Shown one piece after another: positions 12,176-24,371 of a stretch of DNA of 64,000 bases (its first letter is position 1; every line of letters begins with the position of its first letter). The position numbers and the translations under genes were made by a program. The notes below the pieces were generated by a model. The model was not told where the DNA came from and ran no database searches. It worked only from the letters and a program-made list of their open reading frames with translations. Source of the DNA: Tubulanus polymorphus (lineage: Eukaryota; Animalia; Nemertea); assembly GCF_964204645.1 (NCBI RefSeq), contig NC_134027.1, positions 13,734,485 to 13,798,484 of the forward strand, written 5' to 3'.

Positions 12176-14022
12176 GAGCTTTAAGCCTACCTAGTAGTCA
12201 AGATTCTGATGACGACAGTGGAGCTAGCGATGGATCAGCTGTTCGTGGTAATATCGGTGGAGACCATGAACGAGGCGGACGCGGACGAGCACGTGGTGGA
12301 CGCATCGTTGCTCGTGGTCGTGGCCAAGCTCGAGGCCGTGGTCGTGGCCAAGCTCGAGGCCGTGGTCGTGGCCAAGCTCGAGGCCGTGGTGGACATGCTC
12401 GTGGTGTAGCTGGTGTTCGAGGAAGAAATCGTCATCAACCTCATCAACCACCGCTAATAGAATGGAAAAGAGACCCACAGGTAACTCACTCGTTTCCATT
12501 TACAGGACAACATGGTTCAAATTTCCGATTACCAAATGATGCTACAGAATGGGATTTTTTGATACTGTTCCTTACCGATGAACTAATTGATATTGTGGTG
12601 AGAGAAACAAATCGATATGGAAATGAGAGAAAAATAACCACGCCTGCTAATATAAAATATGCACGTATGCATAAGTGGAAACCGATTGATCGTGAGACTA
12701 TGTGGCGCTTTTTGACATTGGTAATAATGTTTGGATTGGTAGAAAAACCAGTAGTTGATTCATATTGGTCAACAGACAGTCTTCTGGAAACACCAGGATT
12801 TGGGCAAATTATGAGTAGGAATCGTTTCTTACAAATCTTGTGTGCGATACATTTTCAGAATAATAATATTCCACGACCAGAGGGTGAGCGTGCATGGAAG
12901 ATCAAACCGTTTTTTGATTATCTTACTGCCCGTTTCACACGCATGTACACCCCTGAACAGTGTGTGTCAATAGATGAAGCTCTTTTGCTATGGAAGGGCA
13001 GGCTGATATTCAAGCAGTACATACCCAAAAAGCGATCACGTTTCGGACTAAAGTCGTATGAGCTGTGCGAAAGTAGCACTGGGTACTGTTGGAAATACAG
13101 GTTATATACCGGACAAGATCAAATTGCAAATCAAGCGTCTGTGCATGGTGTTTCTTATGATGTTGTCATGGATTTGATGGATGGTTTGCTTGATCAGGGA
13201 TACAAATTGACGGTAGATAATTTCTACACGAGCCCTGTTCTTTTTCTGGAGTTATATCAACGTGCGACTCATGCTGTCGGTACTGTTCGGCTTGATCGAA
13301 AACACATGCCCAAAGATCTGAAGTATCATTATGATGCTAATGGGGTACAAATTCCCTTGGTGAAAGGAGACATTACACATAGAAGCTCAGACAAACTGTT
13401 AGCACTCTGTTGGTTGGACAAAAAGTATGTTTCAATGTTATCTAACTATCATGATGAACATATCGTTGATACTGGGAAAGTCAACCGCACCACTCAAGAG
13501 CCAATACGCAAGCCACATGTAATTGTCGAATACAATCATCAAATGGGAGGCGTAGATCTCAAGGACCAAATGCTTGAAGCTTATGCTATGCATCGTAAAA
13601 CAATCAAATGGTACCGTAAACTAGCTATGCATTTGATCGATATCGCAATTTTAAACAGTTTTGTTCTCTGGAAGAAGGCAGATCCAACTCGAAGAAACAC
13701 GCGACATCTCAAATTTCGCACACGTTTGATAAGTCAGATTGTGGAGGGTGTTGGTGCTGATCCAACATCTGCAGCTAAGGGTCGCCAAAGAGCGTCAAAT
13801 GATGTCCCCATCCGCTTTAGTGGAAGACACTTCCCAGCTCTGAATCCTCCTACTGGAAACAGACAAGTTGCGTTTCGTGTCTGTCGAATCTGCTCAGAAC
13901 GTGATCGCGAAAATGGGGCTCCAGGAACACGGAAACGTGTTGAAACGAAATACAGGTGTGTTGCCTGTGGAAATGTGCCTCTTTGTGCTGCACCCTGTTT
14001 TGAACAATGGCATACTTTATAA
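12176..14022 (+). CDS. piggyBac transposase exon 2 (RG repeat, DDD core, Cys-rich C-terminus)
   Basis: TTTTTCAG acceptor at 12175; frame open into the 487-aa ORF; motifs SIDE, DNFY, MGGVD; C-terminal CRIC..CVAC..LCAAPCFEQWH. Spliced product ~707 aa. Confidence 0.93.
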
Positions 14023-16082
14023 ACTGGATACAACTGCATATGAACTGTGACAATTGATATTTGTGTTTTTCCATGAAATTTCACTAAACGGATATTTTCA
14101 GGTAAAAGAGCCTTTATTAATTTATTTGGAGATCTAATCACACAGAAATGGTTGTATATTGTAGGTAACATTCATATCTATCCATTCAGGCACACACAAA
14201 ACTGTTTCTGCACTTTTTATATGCAAAATTTTATTTCAGAAGGAGGTGTGTATATGAAATTTTGATGGCGGCCATATTGATGACGTCATAATGACATCAT
14301 CATGAACAACCAAGTATCTTAAAAAGTATTTTTATGGGCTTGAATAGATAGCTCTTAATGTTACCTTTTCAAATATATATGGTTTATAGCAGTTTAATTG
14401 AGAAATAAGTGACTGGAAGGCAATTTTCAACTTTTGGGTCACGACATAAAAATCCCCCCAAAATAAGTGGCGTACGGGTATATTTATTATAAAAATAAGT
14501 GGCGGTCAAGGGGTTAAAGGTCGATTGATGGTATTTCATCATATTTTCATATTTTATCACCTTTTCATCTTTTACCACCTTTTCATTATCTTTCGACGGT
14601 TGCCAATAGCAACCATTCAATGATACTACGAAGGCCACCTGTCGGCATATAGAGGCGTCAATCCATCTATTTCAGGCGAATTGCAGATAGGACAACTCAA
14701 TAATAAGCGTCAGGTAGCCTAAATCAACTTAGTCGAGAAATCGTTGAATGCGCGGCCGTCGTGACATGTGTATTTGTATAGGTTTGATCGCACTTTTGGG
14801 TTCAGGTCCAGGAGAAAATTCATATTTACATGAACTTTGATAAAGCTAGTTGCACTAGTTTATTCGTGCGTGCTACACGGGCAATCATCTCGATTACTCG
14901 TAGCTATTAGGTTGCGTGCTATTAGGCTATTCGGGAAATGTCTTCTGACAATTTGTTGAGACTAAGTTAAGCTAAGGCTCGAATCCTGAATGTCAAATAG
15001 CAAATGATCTTAAATTTTCAGCAACACCTTCACTTGTTTTGCTGACAAGCGAATTGTCCAAATAAATTTATCAATTCTATTCATAAATCATTTTGCTTGT
15101 TAATTTATAAGGATAATGAATTTTTCACTTTGTCAGTTTTAGAAAGGATAAGTTAGTATCTTTCCTGATAAGAGTCATTCATGAATTGTCAAAATTTTAT
15201 GAATATGTGATACATAAAATTCTCACACCAGTCTAATAAGAGTAAGTAAGGCATCACAATTGTTGACGCAAAGTTTTTCTTAAGAATAATTAATAAGCAT
15301 TTTCTTATTAATGTTAAAGGCACCCCGAGAAGTCATGAATGGAACAAAAATGCTTCAGAATCCAGGCATTTTACAAAAAATTTACAAAAAATGATCATAC
15401 ATCAATGCTCATAAATGATCAAACAGGAAATACATGTAAATAAGGGACTTGAACATGATCATATTCAATTTTTTTGGGATTTGAAGATTATAGCGCGACA
15501 ACAGAGTGCGGAGTAGAGACATTGGAACTCATATCTACTAGATTTATCAGAAATAGATGGATTGATAGCCTCTATATGCACAGATGGCGTTAGTAGTATC
15601 ATCGAATGGTTGCTATTGGCAACCGTTGAAAGATAATGAAAAGGTGTTAAAAGATGAAAAGGTGATAAAATATGAAAATATGATCATGTACCATCAATTG
15701 ACCTTTTATCCCCTTTGGCAGTTTTTCATGTTTTCATCACCGTTTTATATGTTTTCACTATCTTTTTGTATGTTTTCATCATCTATTTAAACGTTTTGAT
15801 TATCGAATGACATATAACCATGTTTTGGTGGCTTTCACCTTCCATAAAGATCTTACCAAAAGAAGTGCTTCATAGCACCATACATCCTTGAACTTTTTTT
15901 ATTTTTAGCGGTCTGCGCTAGCCTATCAGAATACTTCAGTGGATGGTATGGTTAGCAGAGCAGCCTGTAGTGTAGGAATCTCTACTACATCAACCACTAG
16001 TAGATCTACAGATAGGACAAGCTCTGGAGGTTTTTATGGACCCAGCAAGATCTACAGACAAGAAAGCACTTCAACATCCGAT

Positions 16083-16240
16083 CATCCAGAATTTATATCG
16101 GACTTTACAGTTCCAAACCATGGATATGACTCTTCACTTTTTCATGATAAATCATTGCCCATTGGTGGTAAGAATTAAGTCCATTTCCTAGCTGAAAATA
16201 GATGAATTATATTAGAATATTAGCCCAATAAATAAGAATT
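16083..16240 (+). repeat. Dispersed ~155-bp near-identical duplicate of 20127-20285
   Basis: Shared ATCCAGAATTTATATCGGACTTTACAG...ATTAGCCCAATA. Confidence 0.8.
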
Positions 16241-17298
16241 TGATGTGGCTGAAAAGACCTTCCAATACATCTAATTCCTCTATAGATTTGGATGACATAA
16301 ATTTCATGCAAAAGAACTTCTTTCTTCATTACTGAAAATGGTGTGAAATTTATAAAAGAAGCCAGATTTAATGCCAATAAAAATCATCTCAAGCTTCTAG
16401 GGTCTGGAGCAAAAAGTGTGACCTGATCTTCGAATTTGCTGCACTGTAGCTATCAGCTTGGGTTTGATTTGTGCCATTGAAGTGGCTTGGATGTGTTTTG
16501 GCAATACATCAGCGCATAAAGTTTCAATGAAGACAATTTCGAGTTAATTTTGCTGATAAAAGCCCTAAAAATAGTAAAACAATAATACATGTATTAATAA
16601 TAACGATGACAATAGTAATTATGATGACATTTACAAATCAATCAGAATATTCTAGAATAGATATATATATTTTAAGATCCTGATACTGGTGAAATCAGTA
16701 GAGGGAAACAACAGCCACAATCAGACTCCGATAGTGATGTATCCGTCTGCAATGCCAGTCTGGAACTTGCGTCAAGTCATTCTTCTGATAATGATGATGA
16801 GGATGGACTGCCAAGATGGGATCAAATGACTAATTTTAGTGAGTAGCGCTCATTCTCTCTACAAATTCTGCAGACCTCCCAACTGTTACAATTTTCCCGT
16901 AATGATTACGGATTGACAGTTCAAATTACGGTGTTACGAGTGGGTGTTCAAAAATACGATTTGAGTCTATTTTCAGTATGTTTTATGGAAAACTCAAGCG
17001 TTGTTACGATTTTTTAAAAATATGTTGCGAACGAAGTTTAAACATGTTTTTGTTATCGGAAACTAAAAATAGGTTTCCTTTGGCACACACTGCACATTCT
17101 GCTACTCCAGACTATTGTCTGAGCAATCTTTTAAAGATTGCTCAGACAAGAGTCTGGAGCAAATAATCTGTGTATGCAGAAATCTTTTGTGTTAATAACA
17201 CCAATTTTTACTGAGAGCCAGTGTTGGGCCAATGACGGACCGATGAGTAATATTTGTTTTCCGGTTTTATGGCCATGGTCGCTTTTTTAATGATACAA

Positions 17299-18128
17299 CA
17301 GGGCCGGCGGAAGGTAAAAACTATTGGTACGGCCATCCCCAACCGTACCTAATAAATAGGCAGATGCGCATAGCGCGTTCTGGTTGGTCGCAATTATTAA
17401 TTGCGCAGAAAATTTGGAAAAATTGACTTATGATACGCATTCTGGGAGCATTTCAGAATGCATTTTAATAGTCAATTTTGTTTTGTTTCCATCAAGCCCC
17501 AATAGCGATGTCCCGTGCACCTAAAATTTTTGAGGTCAAAATTTGCCGGTTCTATAGCCACACAAGAGTATTAATTGTCATGGCCGCCATCGGCATTGTG
17601 GCGATTTGTTGGGGAGATACGTACTTGAAGGTGGTTAAGATAAGAAGGTTGCTACACTGATTTAGAAATCTATAGACCCAAAACCGGCTTTTTAATATCG
17701 TAATGAAACAATGTACAATGTGTAATGAAACAATCCAAGATTGGGATATGCAAACTTGAAAATTTTGTAAACAGGATTATCTTGAGCTGCTGTATTATGG
17801 AAATACTACATATTTATAATAGAGATATACCAATTAACCATGTGAAACTAGGAAAAAATCAGTATAACGATGAGAGATAACTGTAAATTACTCAGACTAC
17901 TGAATGATACCACCAATGACCAAAAAGTTTAAGGTTTAAGAACTTCAGCAGACCAAAAACTCCGATACGATGATCGTGATTTCTCAGAAACCGGTCTACA
18001 GCCTTACTTAAGTCAATATTTTAGATAGACCTGCGGTCGTCAGCATGACAGGAATTTTATTACACAAATTTTGAAAAATTATTGGTCCGGCCATGGCTGT
18101 ACTGGCCATACCGGTTCCGCCGGCCCTG
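17299..18128. mobile_element. MITE with GC-rich TIRs (Harbinger- or hAT-like)
   Basis: CAGGGCCGGCGGAA ... TTCCGCCGGCCCTG; no clear 8-bp TSD. Confidence 0.7.
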
Positions 18129-18607
18129 TGCAATGATGAAATTCAACAGTTTATTTGCCCTAAGCATTTTAACAAAAAATTCTGTCAAAAATTTTACATT
18201 GGCTAAATATTGGCTGTACATTGGCAAATATGCCGATGAAATGCCACAGAGCCAATGTTGGGCCGATATAGGGCCAACCAAAAATGTTGTGTGGGACTGC
18301 ATGTGCGATATAATCAGGGGCAGAAAGGCACAATTTTTAGATTTAGACTTAGATCTTTGATTTTGCTTAAACTAGGTTCGATGAACTTCTACAGAATGTC
18401 TCGGAAAATGTGTTACCGAAGCTTTAAGATTATATATTTATTAACTATAATTGAAATTTTTAAAGGTAAGGTTGTATAACCTGGAAGATTACTCAGTGTT
18501 TGTTGGATGTTTCCTCGTAGATGGAATATTAAAATGCTGTCATCAGTCATACATGCTATCATCAGTCATGCAAAACCAAAAATAAGAAATCAGGATTGTT
18601 ACATTGT

Positions 18608-19186
18608 CAGTGTTTTCCATTAGAGGGTTTTTAAGGGCCGGCACGCCCCTTCAATTTTCATGTTCGCCCCTGTAAAAGTCCTTCACCCGCTCAGGTAGGT
18701 ATGTCTATGAATATCTTGGGATTTCCTGGCGTGTTAAAAATCTTAAAAAATCAATGCGCGGAAAGGTCATGACGAGTTAAAAATTGCTGCACTCAGCCGC
18801 TGAATGAACTAAACCAATGGCCTCAATTTTACAAGTCTCAATGCCCATAGAAAAACTTTTATTATGATTACCAAAATATTTTTCAAACATTAGGTTACCA
18901 AATGTAAATGAATAAATGCTTGCTGAGATATATTGACAAATCTAGTTATATGAATGGAAGAACATCGAACTATTTTACGCTTGTAGGACTACCAATCCCC
19001 ATCAGAAAATTGCTTCAAGGAAACTGCCGACGATCGCTTTCTAGCCAAAGGCTATAAAAATTACTGTGCTTAGTCTAGTTGATTATGACCCAAAATGCTA
19101 GGAAAACGCATCTGAGTACCTACAAAAAGTAAAGTTCCGATAAGTATGTACCGTCCCTGCGAATTTTCTTACAATGGAGAACACTG
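18608..19186. mobile_element. hAT-like MITE
   Basis: CAGTGTTTTCCATT ... AATGGAGAACACTG; TSD not evident. Confidence 0.55.
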
Positions 19187-19261
19187 CTAATGTATTCAAT
19201 TACTGCTGTGAGGTGATGAAAACACCGTAACAAAATCATTCAAATTTGATTATTGTTAGTA

Positions 19262-20010
19262 ATTATTTCACATATCCGCCATAGGTATTGTTTCATTTTA
19301 ATAACCGGTGATTGTTTTGATTGACATTGATGTGTTAACGAACATTCACTAACACAAGGCCTCCACGTGCGTGCGGAGTGCTAATCATTTAGACTGTTGC
19401 ACACACAAACACACACGCTCGTACAGTATACACTGCTATACACTGCTTGGCGCGTGCACGTTTGACATGAAAATAGGCTGAATAATCGTAGCGGAAGATG
19501 AGCGGCCGCTGTGTTTTCTGTTTGATAGTATTTGTAATAAATTGTAATTTCTTGTGACCTGCTAATACTAAGCAGCAAACTATAGGTATAGGACAAGGTC
19601 TGAATATTGTAGTAGTAAATTCCAGGATTTAAAACCATCTATAAATACGCCGATTTCTTACTGTACCATTATTTTAGCATCCGCAGCCATACATTGGAAG
19701 AGGTTTCCAAGACTAAATATTCAGCCACCCTCTGATATGTGACACCATATGAATTTTATTTGAATATTTTTTCATATTGTGAAAAATTTTGTTTTGAAAA
19801 TATAGAATAGCTTCCCTGCCGCGCCTACCTGTACCCTACGAAATTTTGGACGTGGACCGTAAACAAATGTATATCTTGGTCTTATTTGACTACAAAATGA
19901 TTCTTTAAGAAAGTAAAATACAATATTTAAACTTGTAGAACTTTGAAGTCACGAGTTAAAAACACTTTTCAAGCAATGCCCTTACTCCAAACAACCTCTA
20001 GCTTTCAAGG
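19262..20010 (+). mobile_element. HINE-like family B, partial copy
   Basis: Colinear with 38853-40110 apart from the 39323-39893 insertion. Confidence 0.75.
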
Positions 20011-21175
20011 CAATCATTTCGTCAATACTAGACAAAATCACAGGACCTGTCCTCCAGATAAATACACTTAGTTTAATAACATGAGGATTCCATGTGTCAG
20101 TGTGGAATACGTGCAATGCGGATTCTATCCAGAATTTATATCGGACTTTACAGTTCCAAACCATGGATATGACTCTTCACTTTTTCATGATAAATCATTG
20201 CCCATTGGTGGTAAGAATTTAGTCCATTTCCTAGCTGAAAATAGATGAATTATATTAGAATATTAGCCCAATAGATAAGAATTCGATGTCTCTAAAAGAT
20301 TTTGATATGCGGATTCTATTGTGCAGATATCTCATATCCATATGCGGTTACAATTTGGATACTATGTCTAAATAACTGCATGTTGATTTGAGACGCATAT
20401 GCTGTCCTTCCGTATTCGATATGTTTTCATAACAAATCCGATTTGCAGATATAATATCTTTTCACGCAGTGTTTGTTGGGTAGTTATGGGCTTTCAAAGA
20501 CGAAACCCCTCAAAATCTTGGTTATGTATAATTTGGGTTGACCCGATTTGACCTCCTTCATCATATTGTTAAATATGTTAATTAGGTGGATCAGCAGGTG
20601 CGCATTATTTCACTAATGAAAATGGCGGCACAATTAATTAGGTTGATATACATCATTTCTGGCGCAAATACTGATACTCGAGGTGTATGATATAACTATT
20701 TATTGCGTGCGATGTTTTAAATGATTCATCTAATTATGAAATCCTGTGCATAAGGTAACGTTGCATCAAGATATATGATGAAAATGTGGTTTCAAAATGC
20801 GGTTATTTGGTTATTTACCTCTGTGTTCCCCACAGGACGGCTGATTCATTGACGATAGCATCAAATTCTTAAAGAGGAGTCTGATATATATACACGACTG
20901 GAATACTTGTTTTATCATTACTAATTCATGTCCTTATATTGACGTTCGCATTAGCGATCCGTTTTGGAGCCTGATTATTTGTATCAGTTTGTTAATTGCA
21001 GCACAGTGATGAGCGTTCACGTTGAAAACAGTTGTGTATAGGTGGGTAGGCAATATTGCCTTATACACTCGCGTTCATTGCATGTATGTATGAGTTATAG
21101 ATAACGCGCCACGGTGGTGGTACCGCGTAACAATGTTTAGTGTGAGTGAAGATGTATGCTTGCTGACCTACTAAA

Positions 21176-21494
21176 AGCAATCCTATCATGAAATCTTTAA
21201 AATCCATGTCAGTCGATAAACTTTATTTCGTCAGTAACCGGCACTGGCCTAAAATTTGCGGTACTTGGAAGATTCTGTCCTGATTGGTTCGTATGATCAT
21301 GAAAAACCTCCGATGACACCCACGCTCTCACCAAGTTTGTACCGTATTTTAACGGGTCACTCATAATTTTAGTTATTTTACGACATTTTAAGGATGTATT
21401 AAATTTATGAACATTTGTTGAGACAAAAATTTCCATAATTAATTTTTCAAATATTTCATTCTCGTTAAAAGTCAGTTATCATTAAAAGTTCACA
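21176..21494 (+). repeat. Dispersed ~320-bp repeat, second copy at 40586-40908
   Basis: Shared AGCAATCCTATCATG...AAAAGTCAGTTATCATT(A/G)AAAGTTCACA. Confidence 0.8.
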
Positions 21495-21509
21495 TCTTTG
21501 TAACCGATT

Positions 21510-21636
21510 TCAGTGTGTAAAATATGGAGATAAGACGTCCAATAGAATGAAAATGATATGTGGAGTCCCACAAGGATCGATCTTGGGTCCTCTACTCTTT
21601 ATATTGTACATTAACGACTGCCCCAATGCGTCAGCT
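21510..21636 (+). pseudogene. CR1/L2-group LINE RT fragment (5' of DIRS insertion)
   Basis: CGVPQGSILGPLLFILYINDCPNASA; continues at 27885. Confidence 0.85.
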
Positions 21637-21977
21637 ATATTTCCGTCGAGGACTGTACCCTTTCCTATGGTTTGTGCCAATATTTTCTAAATTTGGATTG
21701 ATCGCCAATGGTTTTTCTATACGACCCGGCCCTGCGGTATTGCATTTAGCCACCGGCGAAATCCGCCATCATTTTTCTTGGCGTTCTAGCAGTAGAACGC
21801 GTTGGATTTTTTCGCCGTAAAAATCTGGGAATTAGGATATTAGGGAGTTTTCACTCTCATAACGGTGAGTCCGTTCGGTTTGGGGGTTATCCCTGGTTTC
21901 TATTTTTCCGTAAGAATTTTATTTACAAATATAATTTGATTGAATTGAATTGAATTTATTATTGTGACAGAATAATA

Positions 21978-24371
21978 ATGCCACCCCCTCCTAAGGGTCA
22001 ACATCGTGGCGGGGAGGGATGCGGGCATTTGTTTGGCGCCTGGGACAATCACGATTCGTATGCGTCATGCAGGCACAAATCCGGTCAAATATGTACAAGG
22101 AGCAATCCTTGCAAGATTAGCGAGGTGTGGTCCGACGACCTTTGGCTTCGGGCCGATAAGGCTCTTAAACTAAGCGATCGTCATCGAGTTAATAGCAGGG
22201 ATTCGTCGGTTTCGGCCAACCGACGTGCCAACCGACATCTCTAATTCTGTTTCTAATCGTATAGCGGAGCGGTCGCCGGTCGTTCTGGTACGATCGGCTT
22301 CCCAACTCCGTTCACCGTGGAGGAACGCTGGTTCACCGGCACCGGTCTCCGGTCATTCACCGGTCTCTGGTCGTTCACCGGTTCGGCCGGTACAGACTAC
22401 ATGTTCTGAACCGAGCGCGCGCCGCGGTATTCGGGAACGGCCCGCACCGGTTCGGTCGGTACCGGTCCGGGTCGGGCATCGGTCCGGTCCAGACGTCGTC
22501 TGGTTGAAAACATCCGGTTCGTTCATCGTCTGATTCTGATCGTCGCTAAGGGGATAGAGCTCGCTCTCCCACTAGATCTAGACGCTGTGAGCGTAATAAA
22601 CGAGCAAGATCTCCTCGCAGATCAAGGTTTGATCGTGAGAGGGATTACGATCGTTATTGTAGGAAGTTTCGCCGTCGGTCTTCTCATCGTTCGTCGACGT
22701 CGGTTAGCGATGAAGGCGATTCTTCTAGTAGGTCTCGATCCCGTTCGAGGGACCGTCACCGAAGTCGGCATGATCGTCGGGATACTGGAAAATTCCTGAC
22801 TGAAGGATTTCCATGTATTTGAAGAGAAAATTTTAAACTTGTTATCATCGTCGCAACAAGTCGCTGCAACCTCTACAACAGGTAAGCCTATTCCTGATTG
22901 TCCGGTTAGAAGTTCGCCAGCCCACTCCGTTCTTCGGAATTCTGACTCTGAATTCCTGGATGCTGCGGTAGGGTCTGATTTCAATGAGGATCCGGTCCCA
23001 GAAGCGGCAATTCCTTCTGGGGTCGTTCCTGTCGCGAGCAATTGTGGGTTGCCCCAGAGGATGGGGGCTTCCCTGGCTCGCAATGTATCTCCGTCCCGTT
23101 CAGTTTTATCCGAACCAGTGGGGGACTTGCCATTTAGAGCGATGATAAGTGAGTTCTTTGTCAAGCACAGGGCAACTCGCGCTAAGCCCACAGCAGCTCC
23201 TCTGGTCGGTGAGTCAATGGAAGCTTATCCGATCTTAATGTTTTACGGGAATCGTCGGCGGTTTCGAGAGAATGGGCTCGATTGGATACGCAATTATGGG
23301 GTGAATGTCGGCTTGGAACATTTTCATTTCCCCCTCCAGAACGGGGTATGAAATATTTTAGTTCAACCGATCCACCTATAGGCGCATTTCGCTCGGGATA
23401 TTATGCAACTCCAGGTGCTGTGGATCACAGTCATAATTGCCTGGATGCTGATTATACTTTGATCAGCCCGAATACTGTTACAGCACAGTCGGGTATTCGT
23501 TTGCCTAAGTCCGGTTTGGTGGCCATGACGTCAATCCTGGACAATCTTACCAGGGTTGGTTCGTTTCAGGATATGGCACTTAAGGTGTTGACGGGTGAGC
23601 TTCGCGAGACTCACGCCGCCGTTCATGCGGGCTCCGATCCAGAGTCATTTGCCCTAAAACTGGAGGGAATGGACCGAATTATCCAATCTTTGGCTCGGTC
23701 TGTTTCGCACGTAATTCCGTTGTCGGTTGGCCATGACGTCAATCTTGGACAATCTTACCAGGGTTGGTTCGTTTCAGGATATGGCACTTAAGCTGTTGAC
23801 GGGTGAGCTTCGCGAGACTCACGCCGCCGTTCTTGCGGGCTCCGACCCAGAGTCAGTTGCCCTAAAACTGGAGGGAATGGACCGGATTATCCAATCTTTG
23901 GCTCGGTCTGTTTCGCATGTAATTCTGTTGTCGGTTCGGGGTCAGGCTAATCTTTTGTTAGCCTCCCGTCAGTCAGTGATGGACTCCAGTTCCAAAACTC
24001 GTCTACCGGATATGGTGTCCAATGCTTTGCTGAGAGCTCAATTGGGGACGTCTTCACGTCTCTTCTCCGGTTGGTGCCCTCCGGTTTCCGCAGAGCTGAG
24101 GAAGATTCGGGAGGTCCAGGCCAAGTCCAACCCCCGAACTCCGTGGAAAAAGCGTTCTGGTCCGACGCCGGCGGCGCAAGGTTCGGCACGGACGCAAACA
24201 GGACCATCTCAAACTTCAGCGCTTTCTCAGGCGGCTTCGGATGCCGGTTGGAGAACTAGCGCGCAACTTCAACAATCGTGTCAAGCCTCGTCCAGTCGTA
24301 ACAGTTCCAGTTCGTATGGAGGCAAGGGGAAGGCTCCAAAAAAGGGGCTCTTTCGGAAAAACTCGAAATGA
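21978..24371 (+). pseudogene. DIRS gag-like ORF, frameshifted
   Basis: N-terminal C..DNH..C..C...PC motif, R/S-rich middle, 208-bp tandem duplication starting at 23519 and 23727. Confidence 0.75.

Larger units (their letters stand above)
8075..14513 (+). mobile_element. piggyBac DNA transposon
   Basis: TTAA TSD at 8071-8074 and 14514-14517; 13-bp TIR CC(T/C)CTTGACCGCC; internal transposase gene. Confidence 0.95.
7823..15845. mobile_element. Long-TIR foldback/MULE-like non-autonomous DNA transposon (outer layer of nest)
   Basis: Ends ATGGAAGG...CCTTCCAT; exact 8-bp TSD AAAGATCT (7815-7822, 15846-15853); ~300-bp imperfect TIRs (7823-8070 plus 14518-14672 vs 15550-15845), with the left TIR split by piggyBac. 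Confidence 0.8.

Noticed and set aside
12209-12499. Overlapping ORFs with AKLEAVVV / HDHGLELG repeats
   Set aside because: Alternative frames of the transposase RG repeat.
14384-15790. Paired ORFs 14384-14638 and 15584-15790
   Set aside because: Translations of the two foldback TIRs.
20836-21045. Possible exon after CCCCACAG
   Set aside because: Stops in all three frames; no consistent phase.
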